The notes under the pieces are model-generated. The model was not told where the DNA came from. It searched no databases and saw only the letters and a list, made by a program, of their open reading frames with translations. Source: a virus (Duplodnaviria; Caudoviricetes). From it: a stretch of 64,000 nucleotides of DNA. Made by a program: the position numbers and the translations under genes. Where the stretch lies: positions 36,366 through 100,365 of IMG/VR virus record IMGVR_UViG_3300028048_000097. One strand, given 5' to 3'. Positions 12,401 through 25,896 of this stretch are shown one piece after another (position 1 is the first letter of the stretch; the number at the start of each line of letters is the position of its first letter).

Positions 12401-12539
12401 AACATATAATTGTAGTACACCTGTAATGTTTGTAATTAGAGATTACTATTGAATATCAGGGTACGGTCATAATACATCGGCTGAATACATTCAACAAAAT
12501 TATATGGGGGTTTCTGACTCAGAAGTAGCTATAACTTAA
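9393..12539 (+). CDS. Large tail protein with muzzle/stabilisation-like N-terminus (~1048 aa, code 4)
   Basis: NTFTDGMISDLNP...LTDCLNG...LQNDKGN...IGSYPSP. Track fragments 9393, 10047, 11283 and 12057 share a frame and end at TGA. Confidence 0.7.
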
Positions 12540-12540
12540 T

Positions 12541-15500
12541 ATGAATGTAAAATTAGAATTAAAAAAGTATAAACAAGAAGGTGATATGGCTCATGAGTAT
12601 AATCCATTAAGGAATGTACTTGATGAAAACAACCAAATTGTAGATTTTGATACAGATGAATTAAATATTGATTTAAATCATCCATTAAATTTGGAATGTC
12701 AACCTTCTTACGACGGAACTGTTAATTTAATTATCAATGATGATAAAAATCCGCCAAGAATTATAAATACAAGATTTAGTAAGATTGAGGATGATCGTTA
12801 CAAGATTATAAATAGAAATCAAAGAGAGCAAACAAATCTTTATAAAGTTGGAAAAATAGATCAGCAAACCAGATTGTTTAGAAATATTAATTCCATTCCA
12901 AAAATTGATTTAATAAACGTAACAAACGTTGGACAATTAATGGGCGGCAATTATACTTTTTATATTAAATTTGCTGATAATGATTATAATAAAACTGATG
13001 TTGTTGCTGAATCTGGAATAGTTTCTATATTTAAAGGATATAGTAATAGAATAAATACAATCTCCGGTACTATTTTTAACGAACGTACTGATAAAGCAAT
13101 TAAACTTCGTATTTCAAACGTTGATACGTCTTTTTCAAAAATATATGTTTATTATATTAGAGAAACTTGCGATCAAAACGGCTTTAGAATAACTAAAGCT
13201 GGAATGTATCAACATCCTTATGAAATTCGTGATAATGTTGTTGATATTATAATTAATGGTTTTGAGGATGAAGAAGAACTTACTCCTGAAGAAATTAATA
13301 TACAATATAATATTGTTACTGCCGCTAAAACTCAGGCACAAGTTCAAAATATGCTTTTCTTTGGAAATGTTCAAAGTAATATGGTAGATGTTAAAAATTT
13401 ACAAAATATATCATATTTTATTCCTGTTACTTTAAAACAAAAAGATAGTATTGGTTGAATAAGTGCAAAAGATTATTCTCAAAAATTTGGTGACGATATC
13501 GATCAAACAGAATATTATAGTACTAATAATATATATTATAATCTTGGTTATTGGCCAGATGAAATATATAGATTAGGGGTTGTATATATACTAAATGATG
13601 ATTCTTTAACTCCTGTATTTAATCTTAGAGGCCATAACTTTTCAAACATCGATGAATATAATTTTGATACCGATGAGCCGTTGTATTCTGAGGTACAAGA
13701 TGAATTTGGTATAACGAAAAAGGTTATGAATTATCTAGAAAGAGATGAATTTTTAACTAGTAAAAAATTTCTAGATAATACGTTTGGAGTGTTTAAAACA
13801 CCAGACGTAACTATTATTAATTATGAAGAAACCTCTGTTAATAATAGTCAAACTGTAAAACCGTTGTATTTTAAAATGGAAATTACAGATGAAATTAAAA
13901 ACGCTCTTAAACAGTTTAACGTTAAAGGATTGTTTTTTGTTAGACAGAAACGTATTCCTACCAACTTAGGACAAGGATTTTCTGTAGGTATCGATAGAAT
14001 AAGCAATACTCCTATTATTTGAGATAGTACTAGAAATTCAAATAAGGGTGCGTATATAGCAGAAAGTTTTTTAACTAATGATAATACACTTAGTACAAGT
14101 TTTGAATCGCATATTATAGAAACTCAAAATTCTCAATGTTCTGGTTTACTTTGTGTAGATGCAATGGTTGATACACAACTACAAGCAAATTTTGACGGTA
14201 GTGAGTTTATTTTAAAACCACAATTTCAAGCAAAACCTAATGGTAATTCTATAGCAAGAAATAAACGTCATTATTATGTAACAGATACGGCCGCCGTTAA
14301 TAATGTTCCACAAAATAGTCAGGTACAATCTACATTAATATATGTTGATTCTGAAACACCAATGAAATATATTAATGGTTTGGGATATTCTACAAAATGC
14401 GGAATGGCAGAAGATGTAAGTAAGTTTTCTTTCTTTTCAGAAACAAATAAGCGAGACGCAACTAATAAAATTTTACGTGGTGTATATTGCCCGTTTTTAG
14501 GTACTAATCAAAATTTAAATAAAAATACAGTATATACAATTAAAGTTCCTAATTATTCTGGAGCTCTTATTAAAGATTATTTTTCCATAAGAGGTAAAGA
14601 TACCGCACCATTTTATGCAATATCTGATAGATATGGAATAGATAATAGCTTTAATGTTGATTGTTTTAGAGGAGATTGCTATTCTAATACAGTTACTGTT
14701 AGAATAAATAGAAATTTTGTTGATTCTGAAGTTCCAGTTACAGATATAATTATTGATCCTGATACATGAAAAAATAACTACAAAGGTTATTTTAATATGA
14801 TTAATAATGTTGAACCTGATGAAGATACAGATAAAGATAAAATTGGTAATTTTGCTAATATAAATAGAGCGGATGTAAATACAGTACCGCTCGGTATTTG
14901 AGTTACATATAAATGCTTATCAAATTATAATTTAGGTTTACGTACAATTGATTCTAGTAATAGTAGTGAATATGCGTTAATGGGTAGTCCTAGAGCATTT
15001 TATCCTGTTATTGATATGTCTGTAGCATCAGCTCAAAAAATTGAAGAATCTAAATTATTAAACGATGGTTATAATTCAACCGTTGGTCAAAGACGTAATT
15101 TTATTGTTGACAACGTACCTTATATTAAAGATATATACGATAATAGAATTATGTTTAGTAATGTACAACGTGAAGATGATTTTCAAAATGCTTATAGAAT
15201 ATTCCAAGGCTTATCGTTTAAAGATATAGATAGGCAATATGGAGCAATAGTTAAACTTATACCTTATGGTGTTAATTTATTCTGCGTATTTGAACATGGA
15301 TTAGGTATTATACCTATTAATGAAAAAGCTTTATTGTCTACCACAACAGGTCAATCTATACACATGTATGGAGCTGGTGTTATACAGAATCAAATTAGTT
15401 TAATATCTCCTGATTTCGGTAGTATATGGTCAGAATCTGTAATAAGAACTCCTATTGGTATATACGGTGTTGACACATACGCTAAGAAAATTTGGCGTTA

Positions 15501-17025
15501 TTCAGAAAAAGGATTAGAAACTATTTCTGATATGAAAGTTCAAAGATTCTTAAACGATAATATAAAATTATACGAACAAGACAAATATCCAATTGTAGCG
15601 TTAAAAAACGTTAAAAGTCATTTTAATAATTATAAAGGCGACGTAATGTTTACTTTTTATAATGAGTTAAAAGACACCACATGGAATCTATGTTATAATG
15701 AACGTATGAATAAATGAATAACTCGCTATTCTTGAACACCATTATATTCTGAAAATATTAATAATATATTTTATAGTTTGGATCAAGATAGAGCTAAAAT
15801 TTTAAGTTATATTTATAATAATCAAAATTGTACTTTTGGAGTAAGAGTTAACAATGGAGAAAATAAATGAACTATTACTGATGTAAATAATAATCATACG
15901 ATTCATTTATCTACTGTTGGATACGATTTACCAAATCAATATGAATATATTATAGAATCTTTTGAAACTGCGTATTTAGATAAAAATGATAATCAAATAG
16001 ATATAAAAGTTACAAATTATGGAAATGCGTTTTTAATATCTGATAATATTTTAACAATAAATCAAATTAATTTAATTGATGTTTTATCTACTATTACAAA
16101 AAACGCTATTGATTATGTACCAGCATTTTTAAAGATAAATTTAAAAGTTAAATTAAGTACAGTTATTGATAAAAAATATGATTTAGATACCGATACAGCA
16201 TTTACTTATATTCATGATGTTTTAGGTATTGTTGTTGATAATAAAGTATTAGAAGGAAATGATGTTGATAAATATACAAAACAAAAGAAAGCGTTTTTAC
16301 AAAATGGTTTTTATGTTCATGGTAAAGCTGGTATATTTAATCAAATAAATTATCGTGATGCTTCGTTTGAAAATGAAATATTGCCTACTAAATGATACGA
16401 AAGACAAGAACGATTTGAATTTGAATTTGTTGTAAATGATCAAATCGGATTACATAAAATATTTGACAATCTTGTTATTATTTCTAATAATGTACAGCCT
16501 AAACAAATTGAGTATGAAATTATAGGTGATGTATATAAATTTAATAAAACTGGTATATTCAGAAGTGAGCAAACTTGGCAAAGTGAATGGGATACTACTT
16601 ATAATAAACCTAAGTTTATGGTGGCTAACGAGAAACGAGCTCATAGTGGACAAGTAAAACAAGTTAAATACCAATCCTCTCAAGACTTTGATAATTGTAG
16701 AGTTGTCTGAGATGATGTACTAAATCAGTATTCGTTAATTACCACACAAGATTGCAAAAATATTGAAGAATGGGGTAGAAGATTGGGTAATATACATTAT
16801 AAAGAGGATTCTTGATATGTTACTATAGAACCTATCAAATATAAAGAAAAATATCGTATTAATGATGGTGATGTTGATGATTGATCAGGTATAAAAGAAA
16901 AATATAGTAAAACAAAAGAAGCAAGAATTCGTGATAAATTTGTAAAGATAAGAGTGAAATATACTGGTGAGGACATGGTTATTATTACAGCTCTTAGAAC
17001 AATATTAACACCAAGTTATAGTTAG
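12541..17025 (+). CDS. Tail stabilisation (muzzle-like, P22 gp10-type) protein (~1494 aa, code 4)
   Basis: Same-frame fragments. Motifs LFFGNV, EIYRLGVVY, FRGDCY, YGAIVKL, GIYGVD, LCYNE...WITRYSW (W=TGA), RIRDKFVKIRVKY. Confidence 0.78.
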
Positions 17026-17027
17026 TT

Positions 17028-18185
17028 ATGGCGTTACCTTCGATTAATAATAGTGCTACAAAAGCTGCTAATAATGTAAAAGCTCAATCTAGTACTAATG
17101 GGCCTACTCCTGGTAGTGGTAATAAAACGCCTGGTGGAACAACAGGGTTTAATTGGTTAAATGTAGCTGGTTTATTTGGGCAGGCCGCTACAATAGGAAC
17201 CTCTTTATTTGGTAAAACATATGACGATAATTCTGGGTTTGAAGATGAACAAGCTGTTGCACAAATAGCTAGTAATTTTGGACCTTGAGGACAGTTAGCT
17301 GCAGGATTAGCATCAGTATCTTCTCAAATAACTAGAGCTGCTGATATTAATACAAGTAAAATATCAGAAAGAGCTAAAGAAGCTTCTGGCATGTCTGGAT
17401 TTGGACAATTTGCTAACAACACATTAAATTGAATGAATAATACTACATTTGGTTTATTGGGTGGATTTGGGGCACTTCCTAAAACTCAAGATTATAATAT
17501 GTCTAGGGAAGCAGAAATGTTATCTGGTGCTTATTCTGGAACTACAAGTGATATGAGAGCTGCAGAAGATGTTGCAGGTAGCAGATTTTTCTTTGGAAAA
17601 AATAAATTAAACAATCTTGTAGATTCTTCTATAATGAATGATGATTTAATATCAAATTTAGGTATTAAAAATAATAATACCATATCTAGTGTTCCATATA
17701 ATGCAGATATGATTAATTTTAGAAATTTCAGAAAAATGTACGGAATGACTGGACAGAATTATAATACACGTGTTGGTAAACAAGGTATGAAAATGCTTTC
17801 TAGAGAAGAATTAGATAAAATATATTCTGCGAGAAAACCTGAGTTATCTGATGTTAGTAAATTACAAAATGGAGGTTCTATTTTAATTCCAGATGGAGCG
17901 TTACATGCACATAAACATCATATGGAAGATGTAAATCCAGAATTAGCAGAAGAACTTACAAAAAAAGGTATTCCTGTTGTTACTACTGATGAAAATGGAG
18001 AAGTTAAACAAGTTGCCGAAATAGAAAAAGAGGAAATTACGTTATCTTCTGAATTAACAGCAGAAATAGAAAAGCTTTGGAAATCTGGAGAAGAAGACGA
18101 TATGATTAAAGCCGGTAAGTTAATTGTAGATGCATTATTCAATGATAGTACAGATAATGCTGGATTAATAGATAAAGTTGAATAA
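17028..18185 (+). CDS. Putative internal cargo/ejection protein (385 aa, code 4)
   Basis: Gly/Ala-rich hydrophobic N-terminal segments, KLQNGG tag, GALHAHKH and AEIEKEE motifs. Follows the muzzle gene. Confidence 0.6.
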
Positions 18186-19336
18186 TGGAATATGAGGAGC
18201 TTGGTTTTAAATTAAGTAAAAAGGATGCTTTAGAATTAAGTGAGTGTATAGATGTGGACAAATATATAGCTAATTTGGCTTTAAAGGATGTATTAACTAA
18301 GAGAATTCATGTTGGACAGGCTTATAGTAAGAAATCTGGAATTTATATTATTTATAATACAGCTAATTCAAAAAAATACATTGGTTCTGCTAAAACATTT
18401 ATTTCAAGAATTACATCACATTGTAAATTATTAAATGATAAAAATCATTTTAGTAAAAAACTTCAAAATGATATTAATTCTTTGGGAATTGAAACTTTTT
18501 TTATTAAACTTTTTCCATATACAATTGATCGAGATTTATTATTTGATTTAGAATCATTTTTAATTTTAAAATACAATACAATAAACAATGGATATAATAC
18601 TTTAGTTGATTCTAGATATAAAGCTATATCTGAAGATTACAAAAAGGTTATTGGGGAAAGATTGTCTAAAGCGAATAAAGGTATTCCGAAATCATTAGAA
18701 CATAGACAAAAATGCGGAATTTCTATTTCATTAACAAATCGTGCTGATGGAAATCCTTTTTCAAAATTAACTAAAGACGATGTTATATGAATTAGGTCTA
18801 ATTTTAAAAGTTTTTCTATAATAGAATTATGTAATAAGTTTAACGTATCAAAAAATGTAATAAGAAGTATTTTACATTTAAGATCGTGAAATTATACAGA
18901 TTGTATTCCAGAAAATTATATAGTTCCTACTAGAATTAAACGGAATGATCAATTATCAGATTCTGATATTTTATTTATTAGAAATAATTTATCTAAATAC
19001 TATATATCTGATTTTTGTAAAAAGTACAACTGTACTCGTAAAGTTATATCTGGAATTATTTATTTATCAACTTATAATTATCCTAATTTAATACCTTATA
19101 ATTATAATCCTAATGTTTTATTATCAGAACATTATTGTAAAATTCCAGATAAAGAAGTTTTAATAATTAGACAAACTTATAAGGAGTATACTTTAAGTCA
19201 ATTAGCTGCCAAATACAAAGTAAAAGAACAAAGTATAATAAATTTATTAAATTTAAAAAGTTGGAGAAAAGAAAGATATATTCCAAAGGATTATGTTAAA
19301 CCAGATAAACAATGATTTTCTAATGATAGACTATAA
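18185..19336 (+). CDS. Free-standing GIY-YIG endonuclease with NUMOD3-like and repeated HTH domains (383 aa, code 4)
   Basis: SGIYIIYNTANSKKYIGSA, NGYN, KGIPKSLEHRQK, and repeats KLTKDDVIWIR / QLSDSDILFIR / KIPDKEVLIIR. Confidence 0.85.
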
Positions 19337-19946
19337 AAATTTACCAAGTATCGATATAACAATTAACAATAAAACATATAATTTGCTTGTAGCAAAAACT
19401 GATGAAGAAAAGGAATATGGATTAAAAGGAGTAAAAGAATTAGATAACTCCGAAGGCATGTGATTTTCATATGAAGATGCTCCGCAGAAAGAACTTACAT
19501 TTTGAATGGAATCAACTTCTTTAAAATTAAATATAGCTTTTATAAACGAGAATTATGAAATTATTGAAGTTCTTAAAGGGGAACCAAATTCTTTAGAGTA
19601 TCTTACTTGTATTGCCCCAGATAATTCTTTTATTATTGCAGTTATTGAATTAAATCAATCGGAAAATATTAAATCTGGAGATGAAGTAGAAATTCTTGAT
19701 GAGTCTGATTTACAAGATTTACCAACCAGTAAATTACTTGTATTAAATGATGATGGCACAGTACAGTTTGACTTAGGTTCTGGTAGTAATCGAATATTTT
19801 CAAGAATTAGTTCTAGAGTAATTATTCATAAAGCTAAAAAAGCAGCTTCTTCTAAATCAGATACAGATTATAAAGCTCTTGGCCGATATATATTTAAAGA
19901 ATTAGACAGACAGGATAATAGAGATCCAGAATATGTTGAAAAATAG
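19323..19946 (+). CDS. DUF192-family protein with C-terminal extension (207 aa, code 4)
   Basis: LVAKTDEEKEYGL...EGMWF...FWMEST.L.LNIAFI...VIELN matches the DUF192 pattern. The W of FWM is encoded by TGA. Confidence 0.75.
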
Positions 19947-19955
19947 TATAAAATA

Positions 19956-19987
19956 TTTGTTTAATTTAAAATTATTCGCTATATTTG
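19956..19987 (+). promoter_or_regulatory. Bacteroidota primary-sigma promoter (-33 TTTG / -7 TAnnTTTG)
   Basis: TTTG(19956-59), 20 nt, TATATTTG(19980-87); ends 21 nt before the ATG at 20009. Confidence 0.75.
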
Positions 19988-20008
19988 CGCATTAAATATG
20001 TGTAATAT

Positions 20009-20926
20009 ATGAGTAAATTAACTACAGAAGAGTTTATAGAAAAAGCAAAAAAGATTCATGGGGATAAGTATGACTACTCTAAAGTTAATTATGTCAGATC
20101 AAGTGAAAAAGTTTGTATTATTTGCCCTGACCATGGCGAGTTTTGACAAATAGCTAATTGCCATCTTCAGGGACAAAACTGTCCAAAATGTAGTGCTATT
20201 AACAGAATTAATAGTTTAAAATGTTCCCAAGAAGAGTTAATATCAAGATTCAGAAAAATTCATGGAAATTTATATGAATATGATTTTTCAAATTATACTA
20301 CGATAAATGGATATTTGGACATAAAGTGTCTTAAACATAATTATTGATTTAAACAAAAAACATCTCACCACTTAAGTGGTCATGGATGCCCTATATGTTT
20401 TTCTGGTAAAAAAATGACTACTGAGGAATTTATAATAAAAGCTAGAGAAGTTCATGGTAATACTTATGATTATAGTAAAGTTGTATATAATGGTAAAGAT
20501 ATTCCTGTAGAAATAATTTGCCCATCGCATGGTTCATTTTGACAAAAACCACACAATCATATTTCTGGTTGTGGATGTCCTAATTGTAAACCATTAAAAA
20601 CTCAACAAAAAATATATGAATTTTTGTGTAAAAGTTTTCCAAACGTTGATTGAAAATGGGAATGTTCACCAGAGTGATTAAAACCTCAACGATTTGACAT
20701 ATATAGTTATAAACATAATTTAGCAATCGAATATAATGGAAAACAACACTATGTACCTTTAAAATGTTTTGGAGGTCAATTATCATTTAATGATACAGTC
20801 AGACGAGATGCTTTAAAATCTAATAAATGTGCTGATAATAATTGTAAATTATATATAATAAAATATGATAATATAGATTATGATAAAATTAAAGAAGATA
20901 TTAACAATTTAATTAACAATACTTAA
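20009..20926 (+). CDS. Putative endonuclease: three Zn-binding DUF723/CapR-like repeats plus a C-terminal PD-(D/E)xK (Vsr-like) domain (305 aa, code 4; missing from the track)
   Basis: TTEEFIEKAKKIHGDKYDYSKV...ICPDHGEFWQ...HLQGQNCPKC repeated three times, then QRFDIY...LAIEYNGKQHY...RDALK. Confidence 0.8.
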
Positions 20927-20928
20927 TT

Positions 20929-21282
20929 ATGAAAATCAAGTCTTATGATTCAATAAAAAAATTGCAAGAAGGTGGAGCACTACCTGCTGATCCTAGTCAG
21001 GGTGCAGCTCCAGCTCCAGCTCCTGCTCAAGGTGGAGTTGAAGAGCAGCTTGCTCAGTTAGCTCAACAGTTAGTGGAAATGCTAATGCAGCAAATCGGTG
21101 ATCCTCAAGCTGTTATGATGGTTCTTCAAATGGCAGCTGAAATGTTACAAGGTGCTCAGCAGCCAGTTGGTGCAGTTCCTGAGGAAGGTCAAGCATTCAT
21201 GAGAAAAGGTGGAAAAATCATGAAATGCGGTGCTAAAATGAAATCAAAGAAAGCTTGCGGTGGTGCTAAGCTTAGCAAGTAG
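20929..21282 (+). CDS. Small Gln/Ala/Met-rich protein with multiple KxxxGG-type tags (putative internal virion protein)
   Basis: 117 aa ORF containing KKLQEGG, FMRKGG, MKCGA and KACGG. Followed by a terminator. Confidence 0.65.
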   Translation: MKIKSYDSIKKLQEGGALPADPSQGAAPAPAPAQGGVEEQLAQLAQQLVEMLMQQIGDPQAVMMVLQMAAEMLQGAQQPVGAVPEEGQAFMRKGGKIMKCGAKMKSKKACGGAKLSK

Positions 21283-21292
21283 AAAACTCATA

Positions 21293-21326
21293 GGAGGTTG
21301 AGGCGCAAACCTCAATCTCCTTTTTT
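21293..21326 (+). terminator. Rho-independent terminator
   Basis: GGAGGTTGAGG-CGCAAA-CCTCAATCTCC-TTTTTT. Confidence 0.85.
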
Positions 21327-21338
21327 ATTATTAATAAT

Positions 21339-24300
21339 ATGTCACAAGTAAAAAAATTAGCAAAAGGTGGCACTTTTATAATCGATGGCCAAGAACTTAC
21401 CGGAACTGATGCCATTAATGCTGTCAGACCTTATTTAGGTGAGACTACTGGTGGCATTATGAATGCTCTACAAGAGGGTGCTACTGTAAATTATAATTCT
21501 GGAAATAATACAATCTCTATTGTAGATAGTAATGGTAAAGATCGTGTATATGATTATTTACCTGCAAGCGTTAAAGCTTCTACAATGGATAGTAGACTTA
21601 AAAAAGATTTTGGAGCTACATTTCATACAAAAACAGATCAATTTAAACGTGAACTTTCAGATTTAAAACGTGCTTATATTGCAAAACCTTCTACTACAGA
21701 AACTACTCCTGATTTAAAAGCTCTTGCTCGTGGTTCTGGTTATTTTTATACTAAAGATAAAGATGGAAAATCTATATATCTTGAAGGTCCAGAAAATAAT
21801 AATAGACTAGAAACAATAAAAGCAATACGTGCTTATCTTGAAGGCGATGACGATTTTAGAAAAGGATATAAAACAGAAGGTTGAAAACAAGCTGATCTTG
21901 ATGCTTTAAAAAATTGAGTAAATAATCCTACTGTTTCTACAGACCGCGATGCTTATTGAAAAGGGCTATTTGATAGAATTAGGGGTAATAATCTTAGTGA
22001 TATAGATAAACAGACTCTTAATTTAATGGGATTTAGTGAAGGAGTTGATAATGCTGGTTCTGATAGTAGTGGAAATTCTAATAAACCTACTATTGACAAA
22101 GATTGAATTGGAAATAGAGAAGCTGCCGAATCAGCTGGTATTGGTATAGGCAAAGATTCGGATGGAAATTGAATTATTATAGGTGACAATCCGTATGCAA
22201 GAGATACTTGGTATGCTCGCGATATGCCATTTTTAAAAGGAACTCCTTTTGAAACAGGTGCTATCCATAACGGGCGTTTATACACAGAAGGAGATGTCTT
22301 TAGTGGTAAATATGGAGACCTTTCTGCAGCAATGGCTCCTTTTATAAGTGCGTTTAGAGATGAAGCTTCTGATTGGAATACACGTTGAAACAATGCATAT
22401 AATTCTGGCGTTAAGTGATATAATATGGATAATAACATATATGCTAATGCTGGAGATCCTACAAAAGGTTATGCTCAATATTGATCACGTTATTTTACAG
22501 ATAATAATTTATCTGGTAATTATAACATGATAGACGTTTCAAACGCATTCAATAATTTAGGAAATCGTCAAGTTGTATCTTATATTGACGGTACTACAAA
22601 AAATCGTTATGGAATTGACGAACCGATATATTTAGTTAGGAATGAAGATAATACTATTACTAAATATGATAACTATAATCAATTACTAGCTAATTCTGGC
22701 TTAACTGAAAATCCTGATATCTATGGCTTTGCACCTAAAGATATAACTATAAATCCTTATCAAAATATTCGTGGTAAAGATTATGCAGAATATCAACGTT
22801 TTGGAAAGGATGGGCAAGAAAATACTGTTTTAGTTGGCCGTGATGGGTATTTATATTTAGATAGAGGGGACGCAAAACCTAAACGTATTTATGATATTGA
22901 AAAACTTAAAAATATACTGGCTGGTCAAGCTTTTGAAAATAAAGACCTTGATGCTATTACCTTAACTAAAGGTGAATATCGTTGAAATCTTGCAGCACCA
23001 TTTAGACAAAAACGGAGTCAGATGATTAATAATGAATCAATAAGAAAAAATGAACGTAATAATAGTTCGTTAAACAAGTTTCAATGGGGTGGTTCTATAC
23101 AAAAAGTTAAATCTTCTGCTGTATCAAACGATCCTTCTACCAAAAAACATGACTATACAAAAGCGCACGCTTTAGACGGTTCTGATGGTAAGTTAACTAG
23201 TGCAGAATGAATGCAAATTGGTGCTGCTGTTGGAGATTTAGCTGGTGTTGGAATATCGTTTGTTCCTGGATTTGGTAATATTGCTGGTGCTACAACAGGT
23301 GCAGCGGCTTCTACAACTAAATTTATAGCAGATATTAAGCAAGATGGCTATCAGAGAAAAGATCTTGGTAATTATCTAGCTAATCTTGGATTGGATGCTG
23401 CTACACTAATACCTGGGTTAGGAACTGGAGCTAAAGCTACCAAAGCTGCTAAAATTATTAAAGGGGTTGGTAAACCAATTATTAAATTATTATCTGCCAC
23501 TGGTGCCGCAGCTCCAGTTATAATAGCTGTACAAAAAATTCAGAATGGTGAAAAATACACTTCTGAAGATTTAACTACTGCAATTCGTGGGTTAGGAGCA
23601 AGTTTTATTGCAGCTAAATCAATGAAGGATACTATTGGAGAAGCAAGACTTGCAAAATCTGTTGCTACTAAAGCTGCACAATCTAGTAATAATATTACGA
23701 GTAACGGTATAACAAAAACAGCTGATGAAATCGCTTCCGCTATAAATGGAAAAACTCGTACTGAAGCCGCTAAAGAATTAAAGACTTTGTTTAAAAATGG
23801 TGAATCTGAATTATCTCAATCAGATGCTGTAAAATTATTAGATGATTTAAATATTACTTGAAATAAAGGAAAAATTCAAAATTGAAAATTTAAAAATTTA
23901 GGTAAAAATTTAACAGGGGGTAATAGAGGTCACAAAACTGCAGAACTTATTCTTCAAGAACCACACAGTACATTCAGATATATGGTAAATCCTTTTACTA
24001 GATCTAAAGTTCTTGGTTCTGAGGCAGTATTTGGGTTTGGTAAAAATCAAGGTTTATTAAAAGATTTTGTATCTCCTCAAACAATGGCGGCCGCAAATAG
24101 ATTACAGTCTATGCCTGGAAGAACACCATTGAAAGTGCAAGCTTTAAATAGAATAGCTGCAGAAAATCCAAATTTATTTGGAGATATGTTTACATTTGAA
24201 GGTAAAGTAGTAAGTCCTATTATCAGACAATATGGTCCATATTTTGGAGGAACTCGATATATGAGAATGGCTCCAGTTTGAACAAATTTAAGACCTATGA

Positions 24301-25895
24301 AAAACCCTAAAGCTCAAGGTATAACAGATGGATTACAAGACTTTTCTACTAACATCGTTCCAAGTACTTTAAGAGATCCTAATTTTGTAAGAAGATCTAA
24401 AATGATTCATGATTATGCGTTACCTGCATCTAAAACAAGTTATTGGAATAAAAATCTTTGAGCTGCTGCAATGGCTGAGGCATATAATCCGACTTTCTAT
24501 AGAAAAGGTGGCAAAATTGTTAAAGCTCAACCAGGAACTCTTATTAAATATACAGATCCTGAATGAGTAAATCCTTTTGATAGAACATCTAGTACAAGTA
24601 TAACTAGTTCGTCTAGTATGGATGGAAAAACCGGAAGTTTAACTAAAACTTTTTCTGGGTTAAATTTTGAACCGATTGATTCGAATAGATTTATATATGA
24701 TCCAAATTATAGGCTAAATTTAAATCCTATTAATAAGCCATCACCTCAACAAAATTTAAATCTACCTTCGTTTAGAAATACTGTAAGAGAACCGTTAATT
24801 TCAGATGTTAGTCCTATGGCTAAATATACTGTACATACGGCTTTAAAAAATGCACAGAAAGATGCGTTAAGTAATATAACAAATACAGATGCTATTTCTA
24901 ACGCTAAAATAGAAAGGCCAGGTGGTGACCATGGTAAAGAGTGAGGTATAAATCAGGCAAATATAGCGGATTATATTGACACGTTTGGTAGAGTTCGTAG
25001 AGGTATTAATCAGGATAGAGATATTCAGAGAAGAGCTTTAGGCGAACTTTATAAAAGACAATTTTTAACACCAGAAATAGACAGAGCTAAGTATAATTTT
25101 TCTGATATTGAACAAGGTTATAATCAAACTACAAGTCCTTATCTTGAACAAAAGTTTGTTACATCCGACGCTAGAGATTCTATGGCATTTAAATTAAATA
25201 AAGCTCAGCAGTTATCTCAATTAGCTGGACAAAAGAATGCTCAAGTAACTCAACGTCAACTTCAGACAGATGATACAAATCGTCAAATTGATACTCAAAA
25301 TGAAAATGCTAGAGCTCAGACAGCTAATGCAGTAAGTCAATATTTAACCAATTTAAATTATCAAGACGATATGCTTGATTCTGTTAGATTAAATAGATGA
25401 AATGCAGAAGGTATTGGCAGATTAAGTCAGCAAATGAGACAGCAATTACGTGATTCTCAGAATAAGATTGCTACTGATACATATAATGAAGAACTTAAAA
25501 AAGTAATCAATGGTGAAAATCTTCGTATTAATTCTGAACTTAGAAATAAGTATGGTTCTGCCTGAAGTAAATTATCTAATGATGAAAAAAATAAATATGG
25601 AGATTTTCAAACTTATGCTTATACGCAAGATCCAGAATGGTATAAATCACTTAGTGAACCTTTAGATGGAACTGTTAGTAAAATGCAAGGTATTAGAAAT
25701 TCTCTAGCGCAGGCAATGGGAGCTGGATTTTTCTATAAATCAGGTGGCACTATTAACATAAGGAATACTAATAAAAATCAAAGATCTGCACAAGAGCAAA
25801 TTGCTATTAATGGTGATAAAGCTGCTAAAAGATCTGTAGATGAATTATCTAGGGCATTACTTAAAATGCTTCAGCAATTACAAGCAATAAAATAA
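21339..25895 (+). CDS. Large putative cargo/ejection protein with hydrophobic Gly/Ala helices (~1518 aa, code 4)
   Basis: Track fragments 21339, 22527, 23022, 23211, 23982, 24618, 25182 and 25683 share a frame and are separated by TGA. Membrane-like segment near 23211-23540. Four KxxxGG-type tags. Confidence 0.7.
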
Positions 25896-25896
25896 A

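Noticed and set aside
4100-21282. General TAG reassignment (code 15)
   Set aside because: TAG ends genes that are followed by out-of-frame starts or terminators (5086, 6739, 9400, 17025, 21282).
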